A stretch of 63,747 nt of DNA, the filler included. It is 13 parts of 13 records of this genome, joined end to end, with 100 filler letters (N's around TTAATTAATTAA, not from the genome) between each part and the next. Parts side by side here need not be neighbours in the genome. Positions count along the whole stretch, not along the records: positions 1 to 3,811 come from SRR7504441_8495; positions 3,912 to 7,380 come from SRR7504441_8507; positions 7,481 to 11,471 come from SRR7504441_8511; 10 more parts are not named here. One strand, written 5' to 3'. Shown here piece after piece: positions 1 to 11,571 of the stretch (within the stretch, counting starts at the first letter, position 1; the number at the start of each line of letters is the position of its first letter). Under the pieces are notes generated by a model. The model was not told where the DNA came from and ran no database searches. It saw only the letters and a program-made list of their open reading frames with translations. The position numbers were made by a program, and so were the translations under genes.

Positions 1-1391
1 CACAAACAAGCTCTCCTTGCCGGCGAGTGACGGGACACTAACAGATGAGCCCTTTGCCAGCACCTATGGTTCGGTTAGGCTCGCGCGGGACTCAAGTCTG
101 AGCACCTCGCCGTCCGCTGTGACCAGCCCCTTCTCATTACTCTTTGGATGCAGCTCGAACGAGCTCACACGGAGCACCTCTACTGCACTGCTCTGGGTCC
201 AGTCGCCATCCTCCAGCGCCAGCAGCCCGGCGGCGAACGCGCACCGTCTGCCGAGCACCGGTCAGCCAACCAGCCAGCGAGGGCATGTACCCAGCATCGG
301 CACGAACCAAGACCAGATGTACCTCCCCCGAGCCAAGCTCGCACTCGGGTGCGGCTCTCACGTTGGTGGCTTGCCAGGGAATCATGCATGCGACCACAGC
401 CACAAACTGGCCATGCTCGTGCTCCCAGCTAGACTCTGGAGTTTCTTTCCATCGGATGCCTGCCTCGTAAGAGCGCAGGCAGCAGAACCTGACAAATGCC
501 TGCCAACTGAATCGGAAGTCGCCGCAGCAACGGCAGTGCTCCGACTCGATATCGCTGTCGCTCAGAAACCCGAAAGAGGAAAAGCTCAGACTGTAGTACA
601 CGTGGCTCGCTTGCTGCAGCTGCAACAAGTCCACCTCGACCGTGCTTCCGTTGATGATAGCCAGCGCCGCAGAGACAGCGTCGCACGGCTCCCCGGATGC
701 CTCGGCCAGCGACTTGGCCATGCCGTTGCCACTGCCAGCAGGTATCACGCCTGACCCGGGCTCGCGCCTCGCTACCCGGCGCCAGCCACCAATCCTGATT
801 CGTACTTGGCCGCCTTCGGAGATTAGTCCGTTGAGCGCTTCGCTGATCATCCCGTCGCCGCCCACGCACACCAGCCCGTCGCAGCTCGCCGGGTCCAGCT
901 CTCGGCACACCTCCACCGCGTGCATCTGCCCCGTGCTCACCCGCAGCTCCCGGGGGGGCACACACGTGGTGCGTAGTGACCGTCGCGTCCGTTGAGATCC
1001 CCGCCAGCCCGAACATCGGCTCGAGCTCCCGCCAGGTGGCCTCCGCTCTCCCGGGGCCGCCCACTGGGTTCACCAGCACCCTGAGTCGCTTGGGCCGGCC
1101 GGCCCGGAGGGAACGGTCCAGGTTCTCGAACAGCTCGCCGGTGTCCCCGTGCCGCTCGAACGTGTGGGTCACCCAGCGGCGGCGGCTGCTGCCGCAGCAG
1201 CCAGCAGGATCCAACGGCCAGCAGTGGAGCTCAAAGCGAGCTGGGCCACCGACGGCGGCCACAATGTCCCGCCGGCGGAGGCAGCTGGTTGGGAGCAAGC
1301 TGTCGGCGGCGTGGTGCCACTGGAGGCACTCCCCGTCCCACTGAACACCCGCAGGAGCCTGGCCGTCAACACTGAACGACCCCTGCTCCAT
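1..1391 (-). CDS. Sphingosine/ceramide kinase-like (DAGK catalytic domain), multi-exon, runs off the window start
   Basis: Motifs VLVNPVGG, VCVGGDG, VIPAGSGNG and ADGE lie in successive frames joined by ~40-nt GT-AG introns (e.g. 64-105). Start MEQGSF at 1391. Confidence 0.85.
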
Positions 1392-1463
1392 CTGGAGTGC
1401 TGTGCAGCTGCAGGCGCCCGCCGGCCGGTCCGCTCTTCTCGCGACCTTTGCAGCGCTGATGAG

Positions 1464-3559
1464 ATGGAGTCGACCCACACCAGTGCATCAAGGCTGCTCT
1501 CTCTGCTGGACCGGCAGACACTCGTCAGCGCCTTGAAGCGTGGCGGCCTGGTGGCGGCGCTCGGGGCGGCGCTCGAGCGGGTTTACCGCTACTGCAACTA
1601 CCTCTGGCCCGGGCTGCCCGCTACCCACCCGGGCACCGCCGCCTGGCGGGCGCTGCGCGACAACCCTCGGATCCCCGCCGGGGACTTTGAGGCCCGGTTC
1701 ATAGCTCGGCCCGCGCTGGCCGACCGGGCGTTCGATTTCGTGATCGTGGGGGCTGGGTCGGCCGGGTGCGTTCTGGCCCCGCCCCCCCCGGGGTCAACTC
1801 TGCCAGTGCCCGTCGGTCAAGGTGCTGCTGATCGAGGCCGGGGGGGAGGCGCAGAACGCGCCAGTGGTGATGAGCCCGCACCAGGCGCTCTCACTGTGGC
1901 GGTCCGAGGCCGACTGGGGCTTCCGATCGAGCCCGCAGCCGCATCTGATCCCCAAGGGCCGGAGCGTCAATCTGGAAAGGGGGCTCACTCTGGGCGGCTC
2001 TTCGACCATCAACTGGCTGATGTGGGTGCAAGGCCAGCGGGAGGACTTTGAGAGGTGGGCGACTCAGATGGGCTGCGGCCAGGAGTGGGGCTGGGAGTCG
2101 GTCGCGAGAGATTTTGCGGCTATCGAACGGCTCTCGCGCGCTTCGTTTGGGTCGGCGACGCCTGCGGGCCACCGTGGGACCGAGGGCGCTGGCATAGAGG
2201 TCAGCACCATGCACCCGCAGCTGCCCGAGGTCGTCAACTACATGCAGGCGGCTCAGCGAGTGCTCGGGGTGCCTAGAGTGGATGACAGCAACGACCAGAA
2301 GGGCACCGGCGCTCTGCAGTACTCGTGCGGACCGTCGGGCCGGCGAGCTGACGCATTCAACACCTATGTTGAGACGCAGCTCAGGAGCCACCCGAATCTT
2401 GAAGTGGTGAGCGAATGCTTTGTGAGGAGAATCATGTTCGACCAGGCTGCTCGTGCAACAGGCGTCCAAATCGAGCTCAACGATGGGCAGACGTTCACCG
2501 TTGAAGCCACCAAAGAGGTCGTGCTTTGTGCCGGAGCGATCGGTTCGCCTCACATCTTGATGCACTCTGGCGTGGGCGATCGCGATGAGCTCGCGGCGGT
2601 TGGGATTCAATTAGTGGCGCACGCTCCAGCAGTTGGCAAGAACATGCAAGACCATGTCTCTGGCGGCGTGGCAATCACAGTCAAAGACGCGCTCCCCAAA
2701 GTTCAAGCCAACCCGGGCCCGTGTGGCATTGCATTCGCTGGCTCCCCGGTTGATGCCAAGATTGCACAGACTGAGGGCCACGACCGCGGACCAGGTGCAT
2801 TGTAATGTGGTAGATAATGACAACCGGTGTGCAGATTGCGAGTTTATTATGCTCAGTCGCGTGCCGCATGGGTTTGGAGCCGCTGTAGCGCAAGAGGCCC
2901 TGAGCAAAGCGGTTCAGTCGATGGGGCTGCCGGATCCGTGGCGCAGCAGCGCAGCTTGGCGGGCGCTCACGAGCATTAGCAGGCCGCTATCAACTCTGCA
3001 GAGCAGCGTAGATCTGATTGATAGAACAGTTTGGATGGGTGTGATGCTCAACCACATTGAATCGCGCGGCTCGGTCACTCTCGCGAGTGCAGATCCACAT
3101 GTGCCTCCTATTATTGATCCCGGCTACCTGTCTGATGACCGCGACTTGGGCAAACTGAAGTGGGCCGTACGGCAGTGCATTGCCATGATCAAAACACCTG
3201 AGATTCTGCAGCACGTAGAAAGTGTCAGCTTCCCCGCCCCAAAGGAGCAGCAGCCAATAGAATGCCTTGATGGTGAAATTTCAGATGACGTGCTGGAGGA
3301 TCATTGCAGAAGGCTTGCAAGCACCACTTGGCACTACAGCTGCACACTCCGGATGGGTGCTCCAACGGACGAGAGCTGCGCCTGCGACCCGCAGCTGCGT
3401 GTGAAGGGGGTCGCAGGGCTCCGGTGTGCAGACGCTTCTGTAATGCCATTCGTAGTTTCTGCCAACACAAATGCTGCATCCATGATGATTGGCCACAAAG
3501 CCGCACACATGATCATGCGAGAGCACAACTTACAACAAGTGTTGAATAGCAAGCTGTGA
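1464..3559 (+). CDS. GMC (glucose-methanol-choline) oxidoreductase
   Basis: FDFVIVGAGSAG FAD motif, LLIEAG, RGLTLGGSSTIN, VGKNMQDH, TWHYSCTLRMG, LRCADASVMP, ANTNA. Intron 2795-2834. There is an unexplained frame change near 1778-1806. Confidence 0.9.
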
Positions 3560-3811
3560 TCATTATACGAGGAAATAACAGCAATAATTATGTATGAGAG
3601 ACCGATTATTAGTGGCTAAACAGGGTTTAAAACTCACTTCAGGGGGGACTCAAAACTCGAGAAAATGTCAATGTAGGCCTCCCATAGAATCCTTGTTTAA
3701 ACCCCGCTCAACGATTCAGGTCCTACACTAATAATATGAGATATCATAATTGTCTCATAATTGTACACGGATGAATCATAATTGCGCGACGATTAAACCA
3801 GTGGCGCAATC

Positions 3812-3911
3812 NNNNNNNNNNNNNNNNNNNNNNNNNNNNNNNNNNNNNNNNNNNNTTAATTAATTAANNNNNNNNNNNNNNNNNNNNNNNNNNNNNNNNN
3901 NNNNNNNNNNN
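3812..3911. other. Artificial contig-joining spacer (N44-TTAATTAATTAA-N44), first of 12
   Basis: Identical spacers at 3812-3911, 7381-7480, 11472-11571, 20265-20364, 23819-23918, 27901-28000, 35857-35956, 39044-39143, 47111-47210, 50318-50417, 54238-54337 and 57590-57689. The 12-mer puts stop codons in all six frames, and genes are truncated at spacers. Confidence 0.99.
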
Positions 3912-3927
3912 ACGTCCAGCTCCCGGG

Positions 3928-6102
3928 ATGCAGTGGCAGTGGCTCTTGCTTGCGCTGGCGTGGCCGGGCCGGGCGCTGGAAGTCCGGTGCCCGCGGACCA
4001 ACGACACTATCCGGATCGAGCCGTGGGGCGCCAACAGCCTCCGAGTGCGCGTGGGGCTGGCCGGCACCCCGATCGACGTCAACGCGCCGGGGGCCTTGAT
4101 CCTTCCTGGCTCCGACAACAAAGGCGCCCCGCGCGCCCGCAGCGAGCCGGCGGGTGACTCGAACAGCCGGGCAACCAGCGTGACCAACGGCAACATCGTC
4201 GGATCGGTGGGGGCTGACGGGGCGGTGAGCATTCACCGGGCGGACGGCAGACTGGTAACCACAGAGCTGACACGGCACAGCGGGGACGACAGCGACAACA
4301 ACGCGCCCAACGGCACAGTGGTCGCGTTCAGCAGCGGCCGGTCGGACCGAGTCTACGGGATGGGCGAACATCAGCACGGGATATTAAACCAGAAAGGGTA
4401 CGGTCTACCGGTTTATAACGACTCCAAGCTGCCGATTCCGAGCAAGAATGTGAGCTACAACTTCCACCAGTGCCTGGTCTACCGGGGGCGAGTCAGTCAC
4501 AACAACCTGCCCGGCAACGCGGGCGGCTCGGTGTGCATTCCTTGGATTCTGGTGGCAGAGCCCAGCACGAAGACAGCGGGAGGGTTTGAAATGTCGTATG
4601 GATTCCTCTGGAACATGCCAAACTATGGCACCGTTGGTTTCTATCCAGACAACACCACCTGGCTGGCGCAGGACGCGAGTCAGATAGACTATTTCGTGAC
4701 AGTACCCCCGGCAAGTGCGAGCCTGGCGCAGGCAGGCAACTCAATCATGCACGCGTTCGTGGACGCAGTGGGGCACGCCCCGGTCCTGCCAGAGTGGGCG
4801 GTAGGGTACTGGCACAGCCGGAACCGGTATTCGAGCCAAGAGATGCTGATGCAGGCTGCGAATGGCTTTCATGCCCGAGGGGTCCCGGTCTCTGTGATCG
4901 TAGTTGACTATCATCATTGGGTGCATATGGGCGATTACACGTTCGACCAATCGGCCTGGCCGGACGTGCCGGGGATGGTCAAACAGCTCGGTGCAATGGG
5001 GATGCGAGTAATGGTGAGCGCCTGGCCGTTCCAAGCGGAAGGTTCCGACTCGATCGAAACAGTGCGAAACCACAGCTGGGCCGTGACAAACCTGAATACT
5101 GCAGACCCTGCTGGATGGAACGACAACAACTGCGACGCGCCCTGCGTTCTGTACGATGCGACCCAGCAGCAAGCACGCGCTTACATCTGGAGTCGGCTCA
5201 AGCGAGGGTACTATGATAACGGGATCAAGATCTTCTGGCTGGACGCCTCAGAACCTGAGGTGAGCACAGGAGGTGCGTACAAGGCCTCGAGCGCGTATAA
5301 CAACAGCCTCGGCTCGGGGCAACAGACCGGGATGATGTATCCGTACTTCCACTCGCAGATGGTGCACGACGGGCTCAAGTCGGAGGGCGAGGAAGACGTG
5401 GTGATGCTCACTCGTAGCGCCTGGGCCGGGATGCAGCGATGGGGCTCGGCGCTCTGGTCTGGCGACACACAGAGCCAGTGGGCCTCACTCAAGGTGTCGA
5501 TACAAGCTGGCTTGAACACCCAAATGAGCGGGATTGCATGGTGGACCACCGATATTGTAAGCTGCATAATGATAACTATTGCCGAATGACTCAGCGTGGG
5601 CTTGCAGGGTGGGTACGGCGGTGGCAAGCCGGACGACCCTGTCTTCCGGGAATTGATTGTGAGATGGTTCCAATACGGGCTGACCTGCCCGCTCTTCAGA
5701 CAACACGGCAACCGACCGACCGAGATCTGGCTACTGGGCAATGTGAGTGAGGCGGCAGTCACCAAAGCGATCATGCTGCGACAGCAGCTTGCACCGTACA
5801 TTTCAGCCCAGATGGAAGCGGTGAGTGCAACAGGAGTGCCCGTGAACCGTCCACTGTTTTGGGACTTCCCCGAAGACCCCAAGGCGTGGAGTGTGACCGA
5901 CGCCTACATGTTTGGGGCTGATTATATTGTAGCTCCGGTGAGTGACATGGGTGCGAGGAATTGGACAGCTTATCTGCCTGCCGGCGCCAAGTACACTCAT
6001 TTCTTCACAAACGAGAGCTACACAGGTGGGCAGAATGTCACGGTCCCAGCACCGCTCGACGAGTTTCCCTTGTTCCACGTGCACCGAATTGCGGATTTCT
6101 GA
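3928..6102 (+). CDS. Secreted glycoside hydrolase family 31 (alpha-xylosidase/alpha-glucosidase-like)
   Basis: Signal peptide; YGMGEHQ, GYWHSRNRY, FWLDASEPE (nucleophile), TRSAWAGMQR, WSGD (acid/base), WTTDI|GG across intron 5557-5607, ELIVRWFQYG, PVNRPLFWDFP. Confidence 0.92.
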
Positions 6103-6315
6103 ATGAGCTGGCACGTCGGGAGATAGATGCGTCTAAGAATTGATTTGATGCAAACTCGTCACGTGCGAAACTCAATACGAGTACACGTATCAGTAAAATA
6201 TTTATAAAAACTCGTAATTTCATGCTCTATGTGAGAAATATTCTCTCCTACGTGTATCTACTCGACACGCGTTCGACTGCCTCCACTTGCACCCAGGTTC
6301 AACCTAGGTTCAAGC

Positions 6316-7320
6316 CTAATTTTGAGCCGCTGGGAACCACGGGACGAGACACGAAGTGTTCTCGATGTAGTGGGTGTACGCCTTGTCTTTCCCCCACTTG
6401 GCCAGCCCGGCTTTCTCGACCATTGGGACTCCGGAAACGAACAGCAGCAGCATTGTGGTGAAGGCGGGCGAGCCCCAGGCCCACAGCAGCGTGTTGTTGC
6501 CAGTCTGCCAGCCAACCCACGAGACACAGACTGCCATTGCCACCCACATCAGAATCTCGCCGAAGTAGTTGGGATGCCGGGACAGACTCCACAGCCCCGT
6601 GGTGATGAACTTGCTCTTGTTGCGCGGGTCGGCCCGGAAGGTGGCCTTCTCAACGTCGGCCACAAACTCACACAGGAATCCTGCCACCCACAGCCCAAGG
6701 CAGACATAATCCACGGGCCCGATCGGGGTGCTGTCATCTTGGTTGTTGATCAGGACCACCGGCAGCTGGACCAGCGTCACCCAGCAGGCCTGCAGGGTCC
6801 AGGCCCCCAGGAACGAGAGCCAGACCCGCTTGATCGCATCGAACCGCTCGTCCTTGCCGTCCTTCTGGATCCTCGCGTACAGGAAGGTGCCCAGCCGGGT
6901 CATCCAGACCACCGACAGCAGCGCCAGCAGCGCCTGGCGCGGACTCCGGGCCCGCGGGGCGGCAGAGAGGGCGTAAGCGACCAGCGAGAAATGGGTACAG
7001 GAGCCGGATAAATCGTAGAACCGTTCGCTGCTGAAAGGCAGTCCGTGGGCCAGGAAGACCGCCAGCTGGATGCCGGTGGCCAGGGCCGCGTACGGGTAGA
7101 TGTCCAACCCCCATGCGCAGAGGGCGAGCAGCCCAAGCCCGAGCCCGTTGCTGAAGCACCCGCGCAGATAAAGCTTGGCCACTCCGGAGCTCTTGGCCGG
7201 CTTGACCGGCTTGGGCGGGGTGGTCACGAAGCACTCCTCGCGGTAGGTGCTAGGGCCAGAGCTGTCAGGAGATGCTGCGGCGCGCCTGGCCGCAAGGCGA
7301 GGCGATGAGCGAGCTGACAT
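6316..7320 (-). CDS. DUF1295 / steroid 5-alpha-reductase-like membrane protein
   Basis: FYDLSGS, RLGTFLYARI..DGKDERFD, FITTGLWSLSRHPNYFGE, SGVPMVEK; multiple TM segments; intronless ORF. Confidence 0.88.
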   Translation of the reverse strand: MSARSSPRLAARRAAASPDSSGPSTYREECFVTTPPKPVKPAKSSGVAKLYLRGCFSNGLGLGLLALCAWGLDIYPYAALATGIQLAVFLAHGLPFSSERFYDLSGSCTHFSLVAYALSAAPRARSPRQALLALLSVVWMTRLGTFLYARIQKDGKDERFDAIKRVWLSFLGAWTLQACWVTLVQLPVVLINNQDDSTPIGPVDYVCLGLWVAGFLCEFVADVEKATFRADPRNKSKFITTGLWSLSRHPNYFGEILMWVAMAVCVSWVGWQTGNNTLLWAWGSPAFTTMLLLFVSGVPMVEKAGLAKWGKDKAYTHYIENTSCLVPWFPAAQN

Positions 7321-7480
7321 GAGGAGGACGCTTCGCGAGTTGACCAGCCCGTAACCGAAAATAACGGCACTCGGAGAGCANNNNNNNNNNNNNNNNNNNN
7401 NNNNNNNNNNNNNNNNNNNNNNNNTTAATTAATTAANNNNNNNNNNNNNNNNNNNNNNNNNNNNNNNNNNNNNNNNNNNN

Positions 7481-9274
7481 GGGCACGTGGACCACGGCAA
7501 GACCACCCTGCTCGACGCGCTGCGCGACTCGCAGCTTGCGGAGGCCGAGGCCGGCGGGATCACCCAGCGGATTGGGGCTTTCTCAGTGGAGCGCGAAGGC
7601 CAGCTGATGACGGTGCGGGCACAGCCGGCCTCAGCCCAGCCGGCCCAGGTGTTCGATACGCCCGGGCACGCCTCGTTCAGCGGGATGCGGGCCAGCTCGG
7701 TGCAGCTGACTGATGTGGCTGTGCTCTGTGTGGCGGCCGACGATGGGCTCAAGCCGCAGAGCATTGAGTGCATCGAGATGATCCAGCGGTCCGGTAGCCG
7801 CCCTGCCAGCCGGGCCCGGCCCAACCAGGTGCGCAGGGGCCCAACTGGTGGTGGCGCTCACCAAGTGCGACAAGCCGGACGCCCAGCCGGACAAAGTCCG
7901 GTGCTGAGTGCGAGCTGGCCGGGGCTGATTGTGCCCAGCGAGGAGCTGATGCAGCACGGGGTGATCTCGGATGAGCTCGGCGGGGAGGCCATGATCGTGG
8001 AGGCGCGGCCGAAGCAGGACCGGGCCGATGGCGGGGGCAGGTGTCGGCGGTGAGCAAGCAGGGGCTGGACCAGCTGCTCGATGCGATAGTGCTGCAATCG
8101 GAGATGCTTGAGCTCAAGGCACCCACCACCGGCCCAGTCGAAGGCTCGGTGGTAGACTCGTGGTCAGCCCCGCCCGAGCCTGGGGCTGAGTTGGACGCAG
8201 GATGAGCGCCGGCTCTGGGAACGCGAGCTCCGTGCTGGTGCGCTCTGGCTCGCTGGCGGCGGGTGACGTGCTGGTGGCTGGAGCGGCGTGGGGCAAAGTG
8301 CGGGCCATGTACGACGACAAGGGCCAGGCTGTGCCCAACTGCGCCCCGGGGATGGTGGTCGAGGCCACAGGGTGGAAGAGCACCCCCCAGGTGGGCGAGA
8401 TGGTGCTGCAAGTCGAATCCGAGTCGCGTGCCAAGCAAGTGGTGGCCGGTCGCCAGCAACGGCAGCAGGCGCTCCAGCAGCATGCCATGGCGGTGGCAGC
8501 GCGGCGGGTGTCCAAGCCGGGGCTACGACAGCTCAAGGTGACTGGAGGCTGCCGTGGGAGTCGAGTGCCAGTGCAGGTGATGCTCAAGGCGGCGAGCATC
8601 GGCCAGCTGCAGGCGCTGGGCAGCTCGCTCAACGGGCTACTAAACGACGAAGTCGCGGTGCGGGCAACCGGCCCGGAGGCCGGATGGGGCGACAGGTGTA
8701 CTTGATCTCGCAGGGGGTGGGAAATGTGTCCAAGTTTGACGTCGACATGGCCTTAGCATCCGAGGCGATGGTGATTGCATTTGGAGTGAACGTGCCGAAC
8801 TTGATCAAGAAGCAAGCCGAGCACCAGCAAGTGCAGCTGCTGCAGGACAAGGTGGTGTATCGAATAGTAGACCAGGTGGAGGCGATGCTCGGAAAGATGC
8901 TCCCGCTGGCCGAGCAGTACGAGCTGCAGGGCCAGGCCGAGGTGCTCCAGGTGTTCCCAATTCGCGGCAAGAAGCGCAACTCGGCAGTGATCAACGCTGC
9001 TGGCTGCAAGGTGGTGCAGGGCAACCTCAGCTTCAAGCATGTGATTCGGGTGTACCGTGAGGGCGAGTCCGACTCGCTCGAGGAAGAGAGCCCTCCTGTA
9101 TTTGAGGGCTCAGTGCTCGAGCTGCGGCATTTCAAGGAGCAGCGCGACTCGATTTCAAGTGGGCATGAGTGTGGGGTGCAATTGAATGGCTGGCATGAGT
9201 TTCGAGTTGGCGACAAAATTCAGTCGTATGTGGTGCATCACATACCACGCAAATTCGAGGTTGCTAATGAATAG
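7481..9274 (+). CDS. Organellar (likely mitochondrial) translation initiation factor IF-2, 5'-truncated
   Basis: [33 protein letters not shown] and VSA G-domain motifs; C-terminal AGCKV and ECGV; about 7 mini-introns including GC-AG 8003-8040. Confidence 0.92.
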
Positions 9275-9519
9275 CTAACTAATAGCTAACGAAGCCGGCC
9301 GACCGAGCGATCCTCCGGCACTTGTTGACCAATGACCGGTTGATCCGCCTACATTTGAACACGCATCGGTGTAGCATCGGTGTTGCTAGCAATACACCAT
9401 GCGTTCTTCAATTAAATCATTCGTAGTGCGCACTGATTAATAATTTATGATAGCATTACTCGTATGACAACCACCGGTGTCAGGGCGACTGAAGGCGTAC
9501 GTTGGGATTGACGTCGATC

Positions 9520-10227
9520 ATGGATTCTCGATCCCGAGCTGCTGCCACGCTGCTGTTGCTGGGGTATGCCAGTGGCTTCTTCGACCCGAGGCAAATGATG
9601 GAGCAGATGAATCCGCAGCCGATGCCCGAGGGTCAGATAAACCGATAAACCTGCACACGCAAATGCTCACCGCTGGGGCCAGGCACCGAGGGGGTCACTG
9701 AGGAGCAACGCGAGGACCAAAGCAGGTTTCTGGCGCTCGAGGACGAATACTTTGGGTTGAGGGAGATCGACCCTGTGAACGGCGAGTTCTCTGACAAAGC
9801 CCTGGAGGTGCTGGAGAAAATGCTCCGAATCTCCCCGGTCCAGTTCCACCCGAACCTCATGCGGGCCGGCTGGTGCGCAACAGCCCGCTGAGCCTCCGAT
9901 TGGTGGGGGCCCAGGCTGCTACACCACCACCGGTTCAAGGAGGCCCGCGCCCAGTTCGAGGCCACCAGCAAGGCTGTCAACTGCCCTCCTGACGCGCTCC
10001 CGGTACTCACCAAGTATCGCCAAGTCTGTGAGAAGCTGATCCGGAACGACGACCAGAAAGACGACAAGGTCAGCTGTCTAGCCGCTGGGTAGCTGATCCA
10101 GGCGTGGCAGGAGGCGGCCATGCTCGTGCTGGGCAGCCTGTCCCGAGAAGAACACCCATTGCAGCACATTGCGGCAGCGCTCAACCGATATCTAATCCAT
10201 CGACAAAACGATGTCAAGGAGCTCTAG
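9520..10227 (+). CDS. Putative secretory-pathway TPR-like protein (not resolved in the ORF track)
   Basis: Hand-spliced with 3 GT-AG introns: MDSRSRAAATLLLLGYASG signal peptide, TPR-like KALEVLEKMLRISP...LLHHHRFKEARAQFE, ends NDVKEL*. Confidence 0.55.
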
Positions 10228-10374
10228 ATTGCGAGTGGTAGTAGAGCTATAGATTTTAGCTTAATTAAAACGCGTGTGTGTACGAGTGGCAGATACTACG
10301 TACGAGTACTCGTACGTACGTACTCGTACGAGTCTTTTTATTTATAATAGGTGTTCGATGATTTATCGGGCGTA

Positions 10375-10963
10375 TCAGCCCACATTCCTAAAGTAAGGCA
10401 AGTTGCGAATAAACTGGTTGAGCATCGCCTTCCATCGCTCGGACTCGATCGGCTGGTGCACCTGCCCCCGCTCTGCTCGGAGCGGGGCCGGCCGGTCGCC
10501 TGCAGCATCGGGTTCTTGGCGATATACTTGACGTACAGCTCGCTATATATATGCATCAGGTCGTCCTGCACGCCCCAGTCGAGCCCGGTCGGGCAGCTGG
10601 GCGCCTTAGCATAGCTCTGGCCCGGGTCTGTGCGCATCACGAACTGCAGCCCGGTGCCGGACTCGAAGAAGTGCAGCCTGTAGTCTGGGGTCTTGAAGCA
10701 GTGGAAGCCTTCGCCCCTGGCCAACAGCAGATGGGCTGGGGGCAGGCTGGGAGGGGGCACGGGCGCGGGGCGATCTTGTGCGAGAACTGCTTGAGCATGT
10801 AGATCAGCCCGTGCATCAGCTTGGTCTCCTGCACCTCCGCCCGCAGCTGCACACTCCGGTGCCACTGCTCGTAGTACAGCAACGCTCCGAACCTGCCCCC
10901 GGGGCTGGCACCCCGTTTCGCCGCCGCCTGCCTGTTGAAGATCCAAAAGTCAAACACTGTCAT
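10375..10963 (-). CDS. TRAPPC1: TRAPP complex subunit 1 (Bet5, sybindin-like)
   Basis: Spliced product MTVFDFWIFNRFGALLYYEQW...KLMHGLIYMLKQFSHKI...FKTPDYRLHFFESGTGLQFVMRTD...LMHIYSELYVKYIAKNP; 4 introns, 3 with GC donors. Confidence 0.88.
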
Positions 10964-11053
10964 ACCGCAGCCCCCCGCTCTGGGCTCAGCCCTGCCGCCC
11001 CTGCGCCACTCGAGCCAACGGAAGAATTGAACTCGGGCACACTGGCGGGAGGA

Positions 11054-11471
11054 ATGGAGCACGATAACATCGATCCGACTCCAAACCGGGTCGCAAAGAA
11101 GCAGCCTCGGCTGTCGGCACCCCGCCGATCGGCCGCGCTGCCATCCGCCGCAAAGAAGCCTCGGCTGTCCTCGCCGGAGAACTTTGACTTCGCCACCGAT
11201 GAGTTTGACGGAGGCACTCGCTTGCAGGTGGAAGAGGACGGCTCGTGGCGCGATTGCTCCATTTATCGCAAGCTGGAATCGTCAACTGCAGCTGTGGTCC
11301 TCTGGTACGGCGGTGACGAATACGAAGGAATGGCTGGAGACTACACGATGACTGACGGCGTTCTTCTGGACGGCGACGGAGAACTGATCGAAACCCGGTC
11401 GTTGCCGGGAGCTGACAATCCCGCCACGAATGTGACAGTGCAGAAGACAGCCACGAAGAAGAAGACTGTGG
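11054..11471 (+). CDS. Hypothetical protein, 3'-truncated, with a duplicated basic NLS-like motif
   Basis: Open frame from MEHDNID to the contig end; AKKQPRLS / AKKPRLS repeat. Confidence 0.5.
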
Positions 11472-11571
11472 NNNNNNNNNNNNNNNNNNNNNNNNNNNNN
11501 NNNNNNNNNNNNNNNTTAATTAATTAANNNNNNNNNNNNNNNNNNNNNNNNNNNNNNNNNNNNNNNNNNNN

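Noticed and set aside
3856-3867. TTAATTAATTAA repeated 12 times as a biological repeat or CRISPR-like array
   Set aside because: It is always centred in 100-nt N spacers at gene truncation points, so it is an artificial six-frame-stop linker.
7613-8696. Mini-introns as one high-identity introner family
   Set aside because: The introns share length and GC richness but show no alignable sequence or terminal inverted repeats by eye.
7481-9274. Programmed frameshifting, pseudogenisation or an alternative genetic code to explain broken ORFs
   Set aside because: Nearly all breaks are resolved by 36-51 nt GT/GC-AG introns, and the long intronless genes read in the standard code.
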